Source: Azolla caroliniana (lineage: Eukaryota; Plantae; Polypodiophyta). From it: a stretch of 11,804 nt of DNA. Of the stretch, positions 8,233 through 11,804 are shown in pieces. The DNA lies in NCBI GenBank assembly GCA_043228905.1, contig JBHGNT010001127.1, positions 1 through 11,804 on the forward strand. The letters run 5' to 3'. Positions within the stretch are counted from its first letter, which is position 1. The number at the start of each line of letters is the position of its first letter. The notes below the pieces were generated by a model that was not told the DNA's origin, searched no databases, and was given only the letters and a program-made list of their open reading frames with translations. A program made the translations under genes and the position numbers.

Positions 8233-10760
8233 CTCTGGAGCGGCGTAAGTATCCCACTTACTCTGCATACTAGAACCAAGTTATGCCATGGCACTCATTA
8301 CCAACTAGAGCATATACACTTCTTGACACACCACACGGTGATGGTGGAAACTCTACAAAAGACTTATTTTATAGTCTCTTGAATCATCACAATGCCACAT
8401 TGCAATGTGCCTGTGGAATATCCTAATCTTATGAGCTCAGTGATGGAGTTCCATCAATTCTTATCATAAGATAAAACAAATACCTGGCCTTTGCAGAATG
8501 CTCCCCAAGAAAGCTACCAAATGTAAATCCCACATCACGAAACTCATAAACTGAACTGTGAGCCTGAGAGAAGAGCTATAAACATTGAACCTGTGATTTT
8601 TGGTACGTGATCATTCACATCTATATACACAAGTGGGATCATAATTGAACATAGTGGGCATTCTTCTGCCCCATGTCTCCCAATCAACACTGACTCAATG
8701 TCTGATAGATGTACTCCAATAAGAGATCGCCACTGAATCTCTTCTCTAAATGGCAATAAATAAAGGATCTGAACGAAGTAAAAAAAAAAACATCTCTGTA
8801 AAATGAAGTGTGAGAAGGATGCAATAGGAAAGATGAAATGCCTCTGAAGAGGAATCTAAATTTTGAACTAAATTCTTCCATCGCAAGAGAGTAAGGCAAG
8901 TGGAAAGTTTTAAAAACTCCTTAGTCAACAATAGCCCCTGGATGAAGAGGTTGGACAGGATGTACCTACTGTTGCATCTTAGGATCTAAAACCCCAAGCT
9001 ACCCTATAAGTTGAGAGGAAACACTATTAAGTCATGCAAGGCAGAGTATCCACTCAACCATCAGATCCAAACAAAGGCTTTGGACAAGTGACTGCTTCTA
9101 TGTAAAGGGTGAAACATATACACTGCCCTGAAACCCAAGCAAAGTAAGACTGTCCAGATAATAGCCATAATGACATTATATACCTGCCGGATCTTGATAG
9201 AATCCTTCACGGTAGTGACTTAACATTGTGGAAAAGCCATATGCAGCAACAAGGCTTCCATGAATTCCGAGTTCTCACTGTCATAAGGTTTTTCTCTAGC
9301 ATGCTCAAAAGCCTTATAATAACAGAAAAAAATTCCAGTATAGAGAAGCAGAAAACCACCATGAATAGCATTTGGAAGATCTGGAATGCAGATAACGGCC
9401 CAAAACTCCAAGAAAATTTGTCGAGTAAGTCCAGAAGTCCATCCCTAGGACAAGCCCCAGGGATTGATCCTCCACGCATAAGCAGCATCATTTCAATGAA
9501 AGGAAGCAAATGAGAATGGGCAGCATCTGGATACACTATTGGCCAAACATATGAACAGAGTTCATCTAGTGCATGCTTTGTCTCATCTGAGGTCAGTTCC
9601 TCCCAGAGAAGCTCTGAATAGAATTAGTGGCAAAATCAAATTCAGTATGTTGAGTATCCTTACTGTCTTGGAAGGATGTCATGTAGAATCCCACCAGACA
9701 CTGATGAAAGACTGCAACTGAATTGCTATTCATTCTATCTGCCTTTTGAATCCATGACAGGTCAGCTAGTGCAACTCTTTCCCAATCAGCCATTATAGAA
9801 TTCTGTGATGTTACTTATCTTAATGTGTCAAAAGTTTGGGCGGGCCTGTGAGGTATAATTCATTTTTTTCCATGACACAATGCATGGATCCATATCTATT
9901 ATCAATTATGAAAACCAGATACAAAGATGTTGATCCTCCTAGGCAGGGATTGTAACATGCCATCAGAAGCATACTGGTTAGTAGGCAAAGCAAGAAATCT
10001 AAATAATCAAACCAGTATAACTTATTACACTCAAAGAAAGCAACAGCAATGGTGCAATATGGTGGCAATAGTGCTCCGTTAAAATTACACCAACTCTTCT
10101 TTGCCTTTCGAGGCTCGGGCAGGATTTTTTATACAAGGGAAAACGGCGGACTACCTTGACGGTCTATCCCTCATAAAGTAATTATCTTTTCTAAATGTCC
10201 TACATTCTCTGATTGCCAAAATGACCTTTCTTGTTCAGATATCAAAATGGCCCATGCTGAATCTTACATTAATTGATCCTAAAAAGTGGGAGGTAGATTT
10301 CAAATCACTAGGTGGTAACAGAGGAGAAGTAGGACTGCAAGGAGGAGCTTGCGGATAACAAAGCTGGCATCTAGATAACCACTTCCGCCCCACATTGAAC
10401 TGTAAAAGAATGTGATGGAAGTGGCAGGCGAGGCCCCCATAGACCTGAATCCAAGGATATCTGGAAATAAGCAGAACGAGATGACAAGATCAGATATTCT
10501 TATCAGAATGTTAATCCTATCACCACATGTTGCAATTATACAACAGAAATCGAGGAAAGCCAAGGTAACAGGGAACTGTGGATACTGACAAGGTTCAAAA
10601 CCCTTCATAATATACTCTGGATACCATGGGTGGAGACCAGTCAGTTCAGAGCCAGAAGCAATGCAGGATTTTGCAAGGAAAATTTTGGCGCATTGGGGTC
10701 AGAACCCCTGTCAAGGAGTATGCAACCAGATAAAGACCACCCATGAGGTATGCCACTACA
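8233..10760 (-). mobile_element. Degenerate, internally deleted LINE (L1/Tx1-like non-LTR retrotransposon): ORF1, APE endonuclease, RT and C-terminal zinc-finger remnants
   Basis: Collinear minus-strand motif remnants: ORF1-like LHPWYPEY...FPVTLAF...IIATCG...IQVYGGL...GGSGYL (about 10635-10370); endonuclease-like IAVAFFECNKL...NPCLGGSTSL (about 10050-9920); linker WIQKADRMNS (about 9755, cf. WLxEGDRNT); GACPRDGL...FSWSFGP (about 9460-9395, cf. KAPGPDG...FW); EKPYDSENSEFMEALLLHMAFPQ (about 9295-9228, cf. EKAYDRVxWxFLxxVLxxMGF); GFQGSVYVSPF (about 9137-9104, cf. GxRQGxPLSP); G*LGVLDPKMQ (about 9004-8972, cf. GGLG); RLGYSTGTLQCG...ETIK*VFC (about 8429-8355, zf-RVT-like). Many stops and frameshifts; boundaries approximate. 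Confidence 0.75.
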
Positions 10761-10764
10761 TCCA

Positions 10765-11804
10765 GGCATTGAGGTCACAATCGCTTACAACCAATAATGA
10801 ATTGAGACCCTTGAACAATAGTGACTTATTATCCATGTGATAACTGCGCTTGAATAAGTGTGGATGGAAATTATGATCAAGTTTGTCACTTCCAGCATTT
10901 CATACATGGATCTGAAACAATAGACACGTCAGACATCAATGCCTCCCAAAACTGGAACATCTATCAGATCAATTAAGCACATACGAGATTTTGCTGATTA
11001 GTTTCCTTGATCTGGGAATAAACATGTCTTTAGCTGAAAGCATGCTCCTCTGAAGAAGGCAATTGTGCATAATAGAATGTAATCATATCATCTTCTAAAC
11101 ATAAAAAATCAGTACATATCAGTTGCAGCAACAAAGCTTTCATCAGGCATCTTCTAAGTAGAGAACGAGTGGTCTATGACAAAGGAAAGGATAAGCAAAC
11201 CCTCTTCTTGAGCAAAGGTGATGCAAATCTCTCATTCAGCTGATAGACTGCAAACAAATGCAGCAATAACTGATGATGCATTGGGGAAAACTATATCGAT
11301 TGTCAATTGATCCACAATCAAATCTCTATATGAGTTCCTTGCATGACCCTTTCGAGGGCTTGCTTTGGCTATCAACTATGACCCATGGCTGCATATTCCA
11401 GTTTCCAAAGGCATAAATCCTTTGCGGTTCCAAACTTAAACATGTAGATTACATGAATTTTTCTTTCAAAATAGTCTGCATCGTTTGAACAACCAAATCA
11501 TGGCTATTGCTCTCCTATATCAGAATAAACTTTTACAATTCCATATGCCACGCATAGAAACAAAAGATTCTATTATTTGTGCTTAACACATAAGGTTCTT
11601 CGTTATCTTTAGAAGAAAACCTTTTGGGAAATTTCCAAGAACTACGCCCCATCCTGGCTTTTTCCATTGCCCTATTGAGCACAAATAGAGCCTGTGGCTT
11701 CTTCTTGTCATTATCCTCAAGAGAAATGGGCAATTTCACTGGATTTCTCCTGCCAAACCCTTTATTCTTTTAAATCCTGACAACTGCCAAGTAAGTAATG
11801 CATA
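10765..11804 (-). mobile_element. Second degenerate LINE fragment: APE endonuclease remnant, possibly preceded by the end of ORF1, running off the window
   Basis: IWNCKSL at 11546-11526 (cf. SWNVRGL); FPNASS at about 11290 (cf. YAPN); PDESFVAATDMY at about 11147-11112 (cf. W++xGDFN); KLDHNF at about 10884-10867 (cf. RLDRF); VSDCD at about 10788 (cf. SDH). The motifs are in the correct order but highly decayed. Confidence 0.55.

Noticed and set aside
8396-8409. 14-bp perfect palindrome CACATTGCAATGTG, plus small hairpins near 3786-3807 and 11348-11359
   Set aside because: Short, isolated and inside decayed TE sequence; compatible with chance.
8544-8756. CPLC in a minus-strand ORF as a zinc finger or independent gene
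   Set aside because: It lies inside the LINE remnant, lacks a properly spaced second ligand pair, and a better zf-RVT-like match occurs at about 8429-8355.
9226-9513. Plus-strand ORF with SIWKIWNADN and GQAPGIDPP, suggesting a plus-strand LINE
   Set aside because: The two motifs are in the wrong order for a LINE, and a much larger collinear set of LINE motifs lies on the minus strand.

Overview
AT-rich eukaryotic DNA, most likely from a land plant. A fern or other non-seed plant is suggested by the repeat families and microsatellites, but that is inference only. There is one intact gene on the minus strand: a Myb/SANT-like (trihelix/GT-1-type) DNA-binding protein. The ORF track truncates it; my model is complement join(7461..7437, 7350..6140), 411 aa, with one 86-nt GT-AG intron. 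The rest is mostly decayed transposons: a possible ZNF862-like hAT transposase remnant (about 1-1150, +) and four minus-strand LINE remnants (about 3122-3304, 3453-4600, 8233-10760, 10765-11804). The most striking element is a well-preserved 315-bp fold-back insertion (7913-8227) with TGT...ACA ends, ~137-bp inverted arms and a 5-bp GCTGC target-site duplication, 452 bp upstream of the predicted start codon. Each arm carries a G-box + I-box + GT-1-core cluster. I found no prokaryotic-type system, CRISPR array or RNA gene. All protein family calls come from remembered motifs, not database searches.
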